64,000 bases of DNA from Alloascoidea hylecoeti (lineage: Eukaryota). Numbering within the stretch: the stretch's first letter is position 1; every line of letters starts with the position of its first letter. The stretch spans positions 743,727-807,726 of the forward strand of contig BCKZ01000005.1 of NCBI GenBank assembly GCA_001600815.1. The letters run 5' to 3'. Positions 24,719 to 36,428 of this stretch are shown piece after piece. Both the position numbers and the translations under genes were made by a program. The notes under the pieces were generated by a model that worked only from the letters and a program-made list of their open reading frames with translations, had not been told where the DNA came from and ran no database searches.

Positions 24719-26656
24719 TTATCCTCTAACTTGCTCCCAAACTTGATTGACAAGTTGGAAAGCTTTCGTTACATATTTAATTATCAGTCTGATATCTTTA
24801 TCCTCTTCTGATGGAGTTTCAGAATCTTCTGTATTCTTAACTCTTTGGATTACCTCGCGACTTAATCCTAGCTTTTGGAATGCTTTATCGGGGTGCCATT
24901 TGACTCTTTCTTTTTTCAAAATTGATGTTGGTAAGAAACTTTTAACAGAATTTAAAGTCATAGTTTCGGGATTCCCATACGGCGTTGGCCATGGAACATT
25001 ACTTGAAGATGTTATAGGGTTTGGTGATTGATTTTCAATGATTTCAATCCATTTTTTATCATAATTTTCAAATGTCTGTATGATTTTAGGAGTCTGTATA
25101 GGGGTTGGAATATTTGGTTCGTATCGTGGTTTGTTTCGAGGTTCATATTGTGGCTCAGGTCGTGACTCATACTGCGGTTCAGGTTTAGGCTCAAATTGCG
25201 GTGCTGACCTTGGTCTGTGATTAGATGGAGTAGAATCAGCTCTAAATCTTTTCCTATCCCCAAAGAATCCTTCAAAATGAGAGGCAGGACTTCCAGGGAA
25301 CCCTTTACGTCTTTGTTGAAAAGTGTTTTCCCGTTCTTGATACCTTTGTTCCCAATTTTCTTCCCCTTGCTGTCTCTTTAGCCTTTCCTTCTGCTCTTTT
25401 TGTAAATACTCACGTTGTTGGCGTTGCCTTTCTTCCACATTTGAACGATCTCGAACGTTCTGAGTATCAAATTCTGGATTTCTGGTACGTGATGAAACTT
25501 GTTCTCTAACATTTTGCGGTATTGGAGGTCTAGGAAAAGGGTTTCTTGTAATACCTGGAAATCGAGGAAACGCTTGCCTACCCGTAGTAACCCGTGGCCC
25601 TGAAGTATTATTTATGATAGGTTCTCCCCTAGATAGTGGCACCTTATTAATGTTAGGAAACATGCGAGGAATAGCAGACCGTGGAAATGGTGTTTGACGA
25701 TTTATGGGAATGAGTCTAGGTGGTGGTCGTGATTGGGGTTGTGAAGGAAATTTTGCATCAATTTTTATTCGACTTGAAGAAGGATCCGCTGGATATTTAC
25801 CATTAGAATATGCTCCTGTATTAGAAGGTTCGCGTAAGTCGGGGATACTGGAGCGTCTAAAGTTTGATTCCGCTTGTGCATTCCTTCCAAATACTTCTTT
25901 ACGTACTCGATCAGCTGTAACATTTCTGCTTCTCTGAAATGTCCCTGCACCCAATCCTCCAAAACCGTTTCCCTCTGTATTTTTTCTAAAAGCATTCGTA
26001 GCATGAATATTTATACGCGAGGTTCGAAAGCGATTGCCCGATCCAATGGGCCTGATTTTCATTCCATTAGAATCCACGGAGTTAGTATTTACAGAAGGGA
26101 TGTCACACTTCTTCACACGCGGTTTGTTTGAACCTCCTACAATCTCAACCTCTGAATCGGAGGATTCTATATCAGAATCCCTTTCAAATTCCATTGTGTA
26201 CTTATTGCCAAAATTCATAAGGTTTGAATATACTCTAGCGGACCCTTGCTCACTAGTAGATTGTTGTCTATTCGAATTGCTGGATTTTCCTGAAAATGTA
26301 GGCCTTCGACGATTATCAATGTTGAGACACTGATCAAATCTTTTGTGGTCATTTTCCATAGAATAACTATTAATATCATTTCTAACCCCTTGTTTAGCAT
26401 AGTCCACGTCTGATTCATTTAACCCCAATTTCTTACTTACAGCATCAAAAATAGGATCGTTTTCTATACTTGTTTCATTGGTTTCGCTCCTACTATTATT
26501 ACTGTCATTATCTATCCCATTGTTTGCCTTGTGCATTTCCTTCTGTTTTTTAATTCTTTTAATCTCAGAAGCTAATGAGCCCCCAAACGCATTAATATTT
26601 TCTATATTAGCATTTTCATGTTCTTGTTGAGTTGATAAATTAAAATTGAGATCCAT
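24719..26656 (-). CDS. Hypothetical 645-aa protein, mostly disordered, with a C-terminal WHPDK domain (NFKBIL1 C-terminus or J-domain-like)
   Basis: C-terminal VPWP...LKKERVKWHPDK...VTKAFQLVN. The rest is Arg/Pro/Gln-rich with short PEPQYE repeats. Confidence 0.75.
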   Translation of the reverse strand: MDLNFNLSTQQEHENANIENINAFGGSLASEIKRIKKQKEMHKANNGIDNDSNNSRSETNETSIENDPIFDAVSKKLGLNESDVDYAKQGVRNDINSYSMENDHKRFDQCLNIDNRRRPTFSGKSSNSNRQQSTSEQGSARVYSNLMNFGNKYTMEFERDSDIESSDSEVEIVGGSNKPRVKKCDIPSVNTNSVDSNGMKIRPIGSGNRFRTSRINIHATNAFRKNTEGNGFGGLGAGTFQRSRNVTADRVRKEVFGRNAQAESNFRRSSIPDLREPSNTGAYSNGKYPADPSSSRIKIDAKFPSQPQSRPPPRLIPINRQTPFPRSAIPRMFPNINKVPLSRGEPIINNTSGPRVTTGRQAFPRFPGITRNPFPRPPIPQNVREQVSSRTRNPEFDTQNVRDRSNVEERQRQQREYLQKEQKERLKRQQGEENWEQRYQERENTFQQRRKGFPGSPASHFEGFFGDRKRFRADSTPSNHRPRSAPQFEPKPEPQYESRPEPQYEPRNKPRYEPNIPTPIQTPKIIQTFENYDKKWIEIIENQSPNPITSSSNVPWPTPYGNPETMTLNSVKSFLPTSILKKERVKWHPDKAFQKLGLSREVIQRVKNTEDSETPSEEDKDIRLIIKYVTKAFQLVNQVWEQVRG

Positions 26657-27061
26657 CTTCTTGCTTTTGAAATTTGTTCTTCTGTTTACCTACCGATATG
26701 ATAACTGTAAATACGCTTCACGTATTCTCTTCATACCTTATATAATACTAGCAGTTATTTTCGGCGTCTTCTAAAGTATACCTTCCCGAAAATGATATTG
26801 AGCAGGCCAGAAGTGCCAAAAAAGATAGTATTTTTTTTTTGAATATTCGAGACTGAGATTTAGGATTAAAAAGCATGACATCCATACACCACTGTATCTT
26901 CAAGACACATGGTATTAGTCATACTATACATACACAATTACTAATAATTAAATTTTAACAATATCGAAATAACGATCGCAACAAGAAACAATTAACTAGA
27001 AGAACTTTATATAAATATAAATGGAAGAAAAAAATATACAATGAAATTTCACCATAAACTC

Positions 27062-29179
27062 TTACAAATTTTCATTATCACGTAATGCAACAACCGATCC
27101 TCGATAGTTCTTTATGAATCCATCATTATTAATATCAGTAGGATCATCTTTACCTTTTGATCCCTGTGATACACCAAGAATCATTGGATTAGAAGTTTTA
27201 ACAAGACCAAATTCTCCAACTCCTTCTGTTTCTGATAATGGTACCGCACTTACCGTTCCCTGTCTTCTTGTTGCAACTTCTCTTAGGCAATTATATAAAA
27301 CATTAGTTTTAACATCATTATTTAATGAAAATATGAATGGTAATATTAAGAGTATTAGATAAATTCCAACAAGTACCGCAGTTAAAATGATTGCTAATGT
27401 AATATCTGTATTCGCTTTTACATCTGTTTGATATTTTCCAGCTGCATCATATGTACTATTTTGCAAGAACCAAGGGTACCTAGTTAGAAGTGTATTAATC
27501 CATTCTTGCATTGATAAATCTACCGACGACACAGTTATGAAAATCGTTTGTGGATCAAGATCTGAAATGAAACCATTATGGTTAGCATATTTCATTATGC
27601 TTGAGGAATTAGTCTTTAACTCTTCTGGTATAACTGAAGTTTGAGTTGTATTTGTTTTAATTTCATACCAATAAAAATGATTTATTATAACAATTGGTGT
27701 TGGTGTAAATCTTTCTGTTGAAACATTCGCAAACGTTACTGAAGTTAAACTATAATTACTTTGATTGAGAAATATACTAACCGTATTATTATCACTTGAA
27801 CTATTAAAAAATGTATCATGAGCGTTTCGATATTTTGTATTATTTGCATAGTCTAATATCTGTTCGTAAACCGAATAACCAGTCGATGAACTAGTGGAGG
27901 AGAAAAAGGCATATTGGTCTGACCAATTATTCGGTTCTAATACTTCAGTTGATGAATTAAATAAATATGAACAATTTTCCATTGTGAATAAACCTTTAAG
28001 ACTATATTCTAATCCAAAACCAAATACTGAATTTACTGAGCTATAAGCTGAACTAACAGCAAAAGGGGTTGCATATCCATGTGTATTGTTATTAGCTGCA
28101 ATTCTTAATGAGTATAAAACCGAGGCTGCTGGTAATAATTCAATCCTTTGTGCCGTTTGATTTCTTAAATTACTATAAACGGAATTAGATGTATCAGCGC
28201 TAAGATTTGTAGTTATCATTGTCAAAGTAAAATTCATATCTTCAAAATAATAGTTATAATTCATCAGATCATTTAATAAAATAGGATCCTTTGGATCATT
28301 ATCACCATACTTATCATATAAATTAATTAATTCATAAGTTAAATTTAACTGACCTAGAGTTGATGGTGGTGTATAAACTTCCGGTATTTCTGAGATATCT
28401 TTTGTATAAAACGCCGATGTTAAAATTCTTGAACCACAATGGAAATCGTTACATGAATCCGCGAATCTTTCATCATAAATTGTTTTTAAAGATTCATATT
28501 GTGGAATATTAATAATCTTCGTCCATTTACCAACAACTATATTTAGAACTGCTTGTGAACCAATAAATAATAACGCAAGTATTGCAATAAATAATGCTGT
28601 TGTTGGAATTAATACAAGTCCATTTTTATCAATCTTCTTTTTTTCAAAGCTTGAACTGGTTTGTACTAAATGTTCCTTCTGTTCCAAATCATTTGAATTG
28701 GTGTTAGAGCGATCATCAATCATATTTTCAAATTGTGAGTTGGATTGTTCTCTAGAGTGTACTTTCACATCTCCCATATTACGAGAAATACCAAAATCGA
28801 TACTAGTATTACTGGAAACATTCCCCTTAATCACAGATAAAACATCTTTTATATTTGTTGGATCAATGTTGCAACTTGGATTTGATTGAAACTTTAAATC
28901 TGATACTGTTGAATGGGAAACTTTACCAAGGCCTTCTTGAGAATTTAATAACAATTTTTTGTTATTATTAGACATTGATTTGAATTTTATTTCATTTCTT
29001 ATTGTAAAAAATATTTCAGTAACTGAACCCATTAAAAAGAATAGATTTTTCTCGACTCGAAATCGTTTCGGGAATATACTACATAACTCTTGAATAATTG
29101 CAACAAATAGTGCACTAACGACAAAAGCTAAAATTGATGGAACAATAAAGGAATTCGTTTCAATGAGTATTGCTTTCAT
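27062..29179 (-). CDS. Hypothetical membrane glycoprotein, 705 aa
   Basis: Hydrophobic stretches near aa 10-35, 187-217 and 595-620. The large loop between the last two has many N-x-S/T sequons. Confidence 0.75.
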   Translation of the reverse strand: MKAILIETNSFIVPSILAFVVSALFVAIIQELCSIFPKRFRVEKNLFFLMGSVTEIFFTIRNEIKFKSMSNNNKKLLLNSQEGLGKVSHSTVSDLKFQSNPSCNIDPTNIKDVLSVIKGNVSSNTSIDFGISRNMGDVKVHSREQSNSQFENMIDDRSNTNSNDLEQKEHLVQTSSSFEKKKIDKNGLVLIPTTALFIAILALLFIGSQAVLNIVVGKWTKIINIPQYESLKTIYDERFADSCNDFHCGSRILTSAFYTKDISEIPEVYTPPSTLGQLNLTYELINLYDKYGDNDPKDPILLNDLMNYNYYFEDMNFTLTMITTNLSADTSNSVYSNLRNQTAQRIELLPAASVLYSLRIAANNNTHGYATPFAVSSAYSSVNSVFGFGLEYSLKGLFTMENCSYLFNSSTEVLEPNNWSDQYAFFSSTSSSTGYSVYEQILDYANNTKYRNAHDTFFNSSSDNNTVSIFLNQSNYSLTSVTFANVSTERFTPTPIVIINHFYWYEIKTNTTQTSVIPEELKTNSSSIMKYANHNGFISDLDPQTIFITVSSVDLSMQEWINTLLTRYPWFLQNSTYDAAGKYQTDVKANTDITLAIILTAVLVGIYLILLILPFIFSLNNDVKTNVLYNCLREVATRRQGTVSAVPLSETEGVGEFGLVKTSNPMILGVSQGSKGKDDPTDINNDGFIKNYRGSVVALRDNENL

Positions 29180-30413
29180 TTTTAAACTATTGAAAATGTC
29201 AAAAAAGCTAATGGTTATTTAAGAAATTATAAGAAAATATAAAATGGCAGAACTGGAGATTTATATAGAATATTTAATTTGCAGGATTATGTGTGATTTC
29301 GGTCAAATATATATATATATTGTCATTTTTTATATTTAAGTGAGTTGATTAGGAAGATATATTTTAATATTTTTGAGCAGGCCTACTACACGTAGTTCAC
29401 AAGATAATAATTGAAGATATGCATGAATAATTTTATAGGTATTTTTCCATATATGTATAGGCTCATTATTAATTCTAAACCTTTAAATCTGGAGAACCTA
29501 AGCAAATTCTAATGAAGGAATTTCTCAATTTAGACAAATGAATTTCTTTGAAAATCATTAAATGTTATGATGCATTAATCCGCTTATTTATGCGCAACAA
29601 CCCTGATATACCCTGAAAATAACACTTTTTAATTTTATTATTTGATTCTTTTTATATTCGTCAGAAGATTAAATGGAAATATTTTGAATAAAAATAATGA
29701 TAATTTGCTAAGGTCCAGAATCTTGTGCTCATATCACTTCCAAATATATTTGTTTAGGGTCCTAGATCTAAAAAGCCCTAAGCTTATACCAGTATATGGT
29801 AGTGTTGTAAGTTCCAGCTACAACGTAAATTTGGTGTATTGAGATAAGAAGCAGAAGGCGTTACGGATGATCTGACCTGACTAAAGAGAATTATAATAAT
29901 CATTAATGTCATGTTTAGTTAATTAGATATCAGGGATTATAACTTATCTGAACGTCTAGGATATTTGAATAGATACGTGCTTGTCGTGTAGAATTGCTAT
30001 ATAGCTAGATAAGTCCATATCGGTTCCATAACCAGTTATAAATATAGACTTCTGGGCTCATTATTAATAACCTCATGAAATCCAAGCCAATTCAAGTCTG
30101 ATTAAGGATATGTACCGCACAGTATTACAGATTTTCCACTCTTATTTCGCCATATTCGAGTGCAAATTTTGTCACTTATGTATCTGTAATTTCGGCATTT
30201 TGAAATTTAGTAATTCAGTGAAATAATAATAATTATAATCGTATACTTGGTAACTATATATTAAACGACATTGTCATGATACAATCTTCAGCCAATATAA
30301 TATGACCACTATTTTAATTTTACCCGGCCTTTCCCACCAAACCTTTTCATTTTCACTTTCATTTTCATCACAAATTAAATGAAATAAAAATATAAATTTA
30401 CAATATAACAAAA

Positions 30414-31175
30414 ATGGCAGCTGAACAACGAAGATTACTGGAACAGTTAATGGGTCCAACGACGAATTCACGGTCCTCCCTAGGGAAATCACACAATTCT
30501 ACACAATTACCGTATGATTTAAATTCTCCTGAGATATGTAAATCATATTTAGTAGGAGTATGTCCACATGATTTATTTCAATCGACAAAGATGGATTTAG
30601 GGCTGTGTCCATTAAAACATATGGAATCTATTCGAATATATATACAATCTGAACAACAAAAGGGGAAAAAATTCCCAGAATTGGAGAAGAAATATATCAA
30701 CAATTTATTAAATTATATTAATGATTGTAATAAAAGGATTGAAATTGGGATTAAAAAATTAGAAGTTTCAAATATAAATGAAAATACGTTGAGCGATAAA
30801 GAAAATTTTGAAAAGATTCTGATGTTGAATGATGAACTAAGCAATATTGAAATAAATATCAAATTAAATTTAAAAGAAATTGAAATATTAGGGATTGAAA
30901 AAGATATGATTCAAAAATCAATTCAATCTTTTACACAAATAATACCATTATACCGGTTAAGAGAAACTAAAAAGAAAGAATTAAACAAATTAGTTGAAAA
31001 CAGTGGCCCTTCGGGACACCAGCAACTCCAGGTTTGCACCACCTGTGGAGCATATTTAAGCCGTTTGGATAACAACCAAAGATTAGCAGAACATTTTAGT
31101 GGGAAGATCCATTTGGGATATGTGAAAATGCGACTTGAACTGGAAAGGCTGAAAGTAAAGCCTTATGAACGATGA
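30414..31175 (+). CDS. LUC7: U1 snRNP protein Luc7
   Basis: MAAEQRRLLEQLMG start. Zinc fingers CKSYLVGVCPHDLF..DLGLCPLKH and QVCTTCGAYLSRLD..RLAEHFSGKIH. Confidence 0.95.
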   Translation: MAAEQRRLLEQLMGPTTNSRSSLGKSHNSTQLPYDLNSPEICKSYLVGVCPHDLFQSTKMDLGLCPLKHMESIRIYIQSEQQKGKKFPELEKKYINNLLNYINDCNKRIEIGIKKLEVSNINENTLSDKENFEKILMLNDELSNIEINIKLNLKEIEILGIEKDMIQKSIQSFTQIIPLYRLRETKKKELNKLVENSGPSGHQQLQVCTTCGAYLSRLDNNQRLAEHFSGKIHLGYVKMRLELERLKVKPYER

Positions 31176-31357
31176 TTACGTAATGCGAGTGCACCTGGGT
31201 GGAAGGATGTTTTTCCGCCGGATCTTTTTTTAACTTTGATATTCCTATAATTTCAATCTTCAACACCAAACGAAAAAAATTAAAAAAAAATATATATATA
31301 TATAAATATATAAAAAAGTGGCAGTAACATCACTACATAGAGATATTATAGTTACCA

Positions 31358-33187
31358 ATGGAAATAGAAATGGAAATCGATAGTCCAGACAGTGTTGAAA
31401 CCTCCAATTCGGACCAAACCACAGAAGCAACCCAAGCTTCGGAAGGGGTACCAACGGCAATGTCCACAGGATCAACCAAAGGCAATAATGGTTCCGGTTC
31501 AAAATCGAAGGATTCTCCAGAGACAGTGAATGGAAGGAAGAGAGGCCGCCCTAGACTAATTAAAAGCAACCACACACCAACCGATAAAAGAAGAGATCAG
31601 ATACGAAGAGCTCAAAGAGCATATCGATTAAAGAAAGAATCTAATGCTGAATATAATAAAAGGAGAGTTACATTCTTAGAATCGATTTTTTCAAACATTG
31701 AGAATGAATTTTTAAATTTTTATGAGGATGGAGTACAACTAGGTTTAAAACTGGATAATAATGAACTAATGCAATTATTTGCCTTTGCTGGGGTCAAAAT
31801 AGGAAATTTGTTTAAAATGATTCATGAAAGTGATAACAGTGATAATGATCAAGGTGAAAAATCGATCTCAAAAAATGCCGATGATAATAATAATAAGAAC
31901 CAACAACCTAGATTTGATTTCTTACGACCTTTATCAACATTAAATTCTTTAAATCAAAAACTTCCCCCACATCAATGTTCAAATTTAAGATCAACAGTTA
32001 TTAATAGTGAAACTACACCTCCACCAGTTAGCGTTAATCCTATGATTAATAAGCCAACAATTTTATCTACTGCGGACAAATGTATTAAAAATTCATCATC
32101 AGATATAACAAGTCCGGGATTAAATAATAGCTTTCCAAAATTATCAATTTCAAATAATTCAGCAATAAATCAGCAATTTTCAATTGCCGGCACAACAACA
32201 TTTGATGAATTTTTCGCTGGGCAAAATCAAAATCAAAATCAAAATCAAAATCGAAATCAAAATCAAAATCTAATTCCTACCACTAATAATCATAGCAATG
32301 ATAATCAATCCAGTTTATTAGGTAATAACGATAGAGATAAACAATTATCAGCATCTGAAATTATATCATCAAAATTTTCAAATGATTCATTATTCAACCA
32401 TTCAAATTTTAATGTTATTCAATCAAGTCAATTAACAGAATTTTTACGTGCAAAACAAGAACAAGATCGATTGTGGCAAAAAAAGAATAATATTGTTAAA
32501 TTAAAACAAAAACATGCACAACAAGAATATATTAGAATAAAACAAGAACAATTACAACAACAACAACAATTTAGAGCATCACCATTTTTAATTCAAGATC
32601 ATGCATCTACAAACCCAACTTCTGTACCATCAACACCTTCTATTTCATCATCTACATCAGCATCAGTATCACAAGTTAATATTAATTCAGTACCTGATAA
32701 TCCATCAGGTAAATTACATACACCAGAAGAACTTCATCGAACAACATCTGAATTATTATTATCTGTTCAATCATCATCAACTTCATCATCAATTGAATCA
32801 TCCTCATTTTCCGAAAAATTGTTTAGAAGGTCAATAATTTATGGATTAGAAAGATATCAAGCATATGATTATTTAATTTTATCAAGGCAATATCCAGATG
32901 GATTTAATGAATTAATTGCAATTCCAAAATTACAATTTGTTTTAAAATATAATTTATCAATAAATGGTTCAAAATGGAAAGGTAAAACAATGGATGATTC
33001 TTTATTTCCTGGTTATATTAATGCTTTAAATGTTGAAAAATTATTAGAAAAAAATGGTGGAGTAAATAAATTTGATGAAACAGTAATGATCCCAATATTA
33101 TTAGAAAAAGCAGTTTGTTTAGGTATGATGCCTAGATTTGAAAAGGAGAGTGTTAATTTAGCAATGCTATTAAGTAAAAAAGAATAA
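31358..33187 (+). CDS. bZIP transcription factor with an N-terminal AT-hook-like motif
   Basis: RKRGRPR is followed by the basic region KRRDQIRRAQRAYRLKKE and a short zipper. The middle is Q/N-rich with a (QN)n run. Confidence 0.8.
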   Translation: MEIEMEIDSPDSVETSNSDQTTEATQASEGVPTAMSTGSTKGNNGSGSKSKDSPETVNGRKRGRPRLIKSNHTPTDKRRDQIRRAQRAYRLKKESNAEYNKRRVTFLESIFSNIENEFLNFYEDGVQLGLKLDNNELMQLFAFAGVKIGNLFKMIHESDNSDNDQGEKSISKNADDNNNKNQQPRFDFLRPLSTLNSLNQKLPPHQCSNLRSTVINSETTPPPVSVNPMINKPTILSTADKCIKNSSSDITSPGLNNSFPKLSISNNSAINQQFSIAGTTTFDEFFAGQNQNQNQNQNRNQNQNLIPTTNNHSNDNQSSLLGNNDRDKQLSASEIISSKFSNDSLFNHSNFNVIQSSQLTEFLRAKQEQDRLWQKKNNIVKLKQKHAQQEYIRIKQEQLQQQQQFRASPFLIQDHASTNPTSVPSTPSISSSTSASVSQVNINSVPDNPSGKLHTPEELHRTTSELLLSVQSSSTSSSIESSSFSEKLFRRSIIYGLERYQAYDYLILSRQYPDGFNELIAIPKLQFVLKYNLSINGSKWKGKTMDDSLFPGYINALNVEKLLEKNGGVNKFDETVMIPILLEKAVCLGMMPRFEKESVNLAMLLSKKE

Positions 33188-33439
33188 TATTGATAACTAT
33201 AAATCATATACACGATACACACACAAATATAAAATAAATAAGAAGAGGAGATTAAAATTTTATTTTTTTGGGACTCTGGGTTGTTGCATTCATACAGTAA
33301 ATAAAGATTTGAATTGGGATTGAATTTAATTATAAATGAAATTATAAGCCTATATATAAGTAGAACAAACGGTTTGATTTTTGTTCCTTCATTTGTGTTA
33401 ATTGTAGTATTTCTTTAAACTCACATTATTTGATTACTA

Positions 33440-34400
33440 TATTATTGTAGAAATACCGTCCGTGAACAGATTAATGAGTAAATCTTCTCCTATATCCATG
33501 TTCACCTCCTCCATAGGTTGGGTCCTAGTCGCCTCAGCTTTTTCCACCGATAATATTCTCTCTGATTAACTGCGAGTTTTTTTTTTCGTGGGTAAATTTA
33601 TTGAGTGCGCTAATTCACTTCCTTTTATTCTCATCCAGAATCCTTCCTTATCCCGTAGCTTTCTAAGGAAGACCGACGGCTGTAGTGTGTGGGTAATAAC
33701 ACTGGATATATCTAAAACGAGATGTGATGTTTTACTTACCGGTAAGACTAATTTCTTGCCCTTCTATACCAAAATAATCATCCTTTTGTGATCTATCTGA
33801 TTTCGACTTTCTTGAGTAAGATTGATTCGTGAGTTACTTCATACAAATATACCTTCAATGGAGAACGAGAAGAAACATCAAAAGCTTAAGATATCGCTAT
33901 CTGTTGCAGATATCTATTATATTTCATTTGAATTATAACTGGTACAAGGCTTAAGAAGTGCTTGTATATATGCCAGTATATTTGTCACAAAATCACTTCA
34001 TTCATTTGAACCAATTTTGCATGTCATTTTTGTCCTTTCCAAAGTATATGTAAGAATCGAGAACATCAGGAAGCTTGCAAACAATCTTCTCAAATATATC
34101 TAAAACCACTGCGACTCGTTGATCGCTTGTGTAATCTTCATTCGTTGTTATTAATATAAGGTGCGTAAAACTGAATTAACTTGTGTACCGGTGTTCATCA
34201 ATAATATTAAATAAGAGTGGGCTATCAACAGCCCGTTTGGCCACTTCTAGAGTGTGTTCTCTCTTATCTTCCTGATGAACTGAAAGTTTTTGTTTTCTTC
34301 TATTAAACTTCTCGATTGGAGGATTTTATTTGGCTTCGACTATCCTTATGGGAGATCTAGGATCGGCGAAGTCTTTTCCAATATTGTTACGAGATATTTT
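33440..34400 (-). pseudogene. Decayed coding element, copy A (unidentified; homologous to 38960-40410)
   Basis: Stop-interrupted frames contain EHTLEVAKRAVDSPLLFNIIDEH, FGKDKNDMQNWFK*MK*FCDKY, KLRDKE and SVEKAEAT..EEVNM, all colinear with copy B. Confidence 0.65.
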
Positions 34401-35051
34401 ACGGTTCAGCTACGCGTAAAAAGTGAGTCAATGTAATCTCAAATATCGATTGTTATTTTCCCGCTTGGAATTGAGGCATTTTTTTAGCTGGATGGTGAGT
34501 ACTAAGTACCAAGTAGCGGTTGATTAAAAAGAAAGTAAAATTTACGGGCGCGTTTTTGATTTTCGATATTTGGTTCGTTAAGGATCCCTCGCGAGAGCCA
34601 CAAATGCCATGTAAAATGGATTTTTTTAATTTCTAAAAGATTATTAAGTTTTGAACTTTAATAAGAATAAGTATACAAAAAATGAAAATGCAACCTTTAT
34701 CAAGAATGTCTAAAGGATCAAAAACACAATAATCACTAACTTAACCAAAAATGAAGAACTCTCTCGAATGTCTACAATCAAGAGTTTTCTTTGTTTTCAG
34801 CTCCAATGGTAACTTGTTGTAGATTTAAGATTTCACTTGTAATTTATAGAGCAAAAACATAATAAGACTTAAACTGAATTCTCTACTTAGGAAAACAACA
34901 ACTTCTTCCAAATCAAGATATATGAACTGTATTATCCAGAAGTTTTCTATGTCTTCACCCGGGCTTTGAGTCTTCATGCAACACCTAACATCAATATCAA
35001 ATATTATAGATCAATCAATCTTAAAATTAATAGTAACATGTATTATATATA

Positions 35052-36026
35052 TTAATCAAGCTTTGTAGGGTTATTATTAGTTTCACCGCCTGATTCCTTA
35101 ATAAGTTCTGTATCAATATCATTGATTGTTTCCTCAATAACATTTGCAATCTTCTTTTCTACTTCAGCACCACCATCGACTTTAGAATTATCAATTGGAA
35201 TTGCTTCATTTTCATTTTTAGTTGATTTAGCTGTACTCTTTGCCTTTTTAATAGCAATTTTAATCATTTTCGAAAACCAATATAAATTTAATGAATTAAG
35301 TCCAATATTCAACAAAACAATAACAATTGAAATCTTAACTGGGAATCTTTCTGCGTTTTCTTCATAATATAAAACAAAATCCCTAACGACTCTATAAATA
35401 CTCCACCAACCCCAAATAACCCTAACAATGAAAAATATAACCATTAATAACAACCCATTAATAATAATGATTAAATTAGGTATTGCATCTGCCGGTAAAT
35501 GACTTGCAAACCAATTTAAATTAACAAAAGGAGTTGATAATTCAAATAACAAAAAATGAGGTAAATAATGTAATAAAAAAGGTTGTAATGCTTGGAAAAA
35601 TACAAATAATGCAGCAAAACCATGGAATAAAAAACCAAAACCAAACATTCTATAATATTTTATACATATATAGCAATCCCATATAAAATAACCAGCTGTT
35701 AGAGATGCAACCATTCCTGCATATGGTGTATAAGCAAATAATCTATCTGATTCATTTGCAAAATGATCATCCTTAAATATTGGTAATGATAAAATTAAAA
35801 CAGCTAAGCTTTGAATTGTTGATACTATATGAATATCGAAATTAATTTTTGTTCGTGGTGATAATTTTGAATAAATATTTATAAATCTTGGTGAAAATAA
35901 TGTTGATAAATGATATAAAGATTCATAAAAGATAAATGAAATTGCAATTTCATGCCAGTGAGCCTCATAATATGATTTTGGAATCTCTGGGAAAGGACGA
36001 TATTTTAAAATCGGATCGTTATACAT
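35052..36026 (-). CDS. TLC-domain membrane protein (Tda4/TMEM56-like)
   Basis: Motifs NFDIHIVSTIQS, AGYFIWD, GFLFHG, FLLFELSTPFVNLNWF and LNLYWFSKMIK. Confidence 0.9.
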   Translation of the reverse strand: MYNDPILKYRPFPEIPKSYYEAHWHEIAISFIFYESLYHLSTLFSPRFINIYSKLSPRTKINFDIHIVSTIQSLAVLILSLPIFKDDHFANESDRLFAYTPYAGMVASLTAGYFIWDCYICIKYYRMFGFGFLFHGFAALFVFFQALQPFLLHYLPHFLLFELSTPFVNLNWFASHLPADAIPNLIIIINGLLLMVIFFIVRVIWGWWSIYRVVRDFVLYYEENAERFPVKISIVIVLLNIGLNSLNLYWFSKMIKIAIKKAKSTAKSTKNENEAIPIDNSKVDGGAEVEKKIANVIEETINDIDTELIKESGGETNNNPTKLD

Positions 36027-36384
36027 TCTTTTAGTTTCGTAATAAAAAAAAAAAGTACCCGAGGATGATGGAGACGAAAATTAAAAGAATATGAGTGGAT
36101 GGTATCAATTACATTCTTCTATTATAAAGTCATGGATAAGAGCAATGATGAAATTTACTTTAGCAGTCGGAAAATTACTTACAAAATATTATTAAGAAAA
36201 TACCCAACATTTATTAATTATTAACATAAATAGTAATATAATAGTATATATGAATAATTCATAGAAATAAAATAGAAGAAAATATGAAAAGAAGTTTAAT
36301 AAAATACAAGATTGAAAACAATCAAAAATAATTTATAATATGTGTTAATATACAGTGAGTGAATAATAAATAAAATCAGCTAAA

Positions 36385-36426
36385 ATGATATGATATGATA
36401 TGATATATGATATGATATATGATATG
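36385..36426. repeat. (TGATA)n-type microsatellite just downstream of the SUN stop codon
   Basis: Read directly from the sequence. Confidence 0.85.
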
Positions 36427-36428
36427 TT

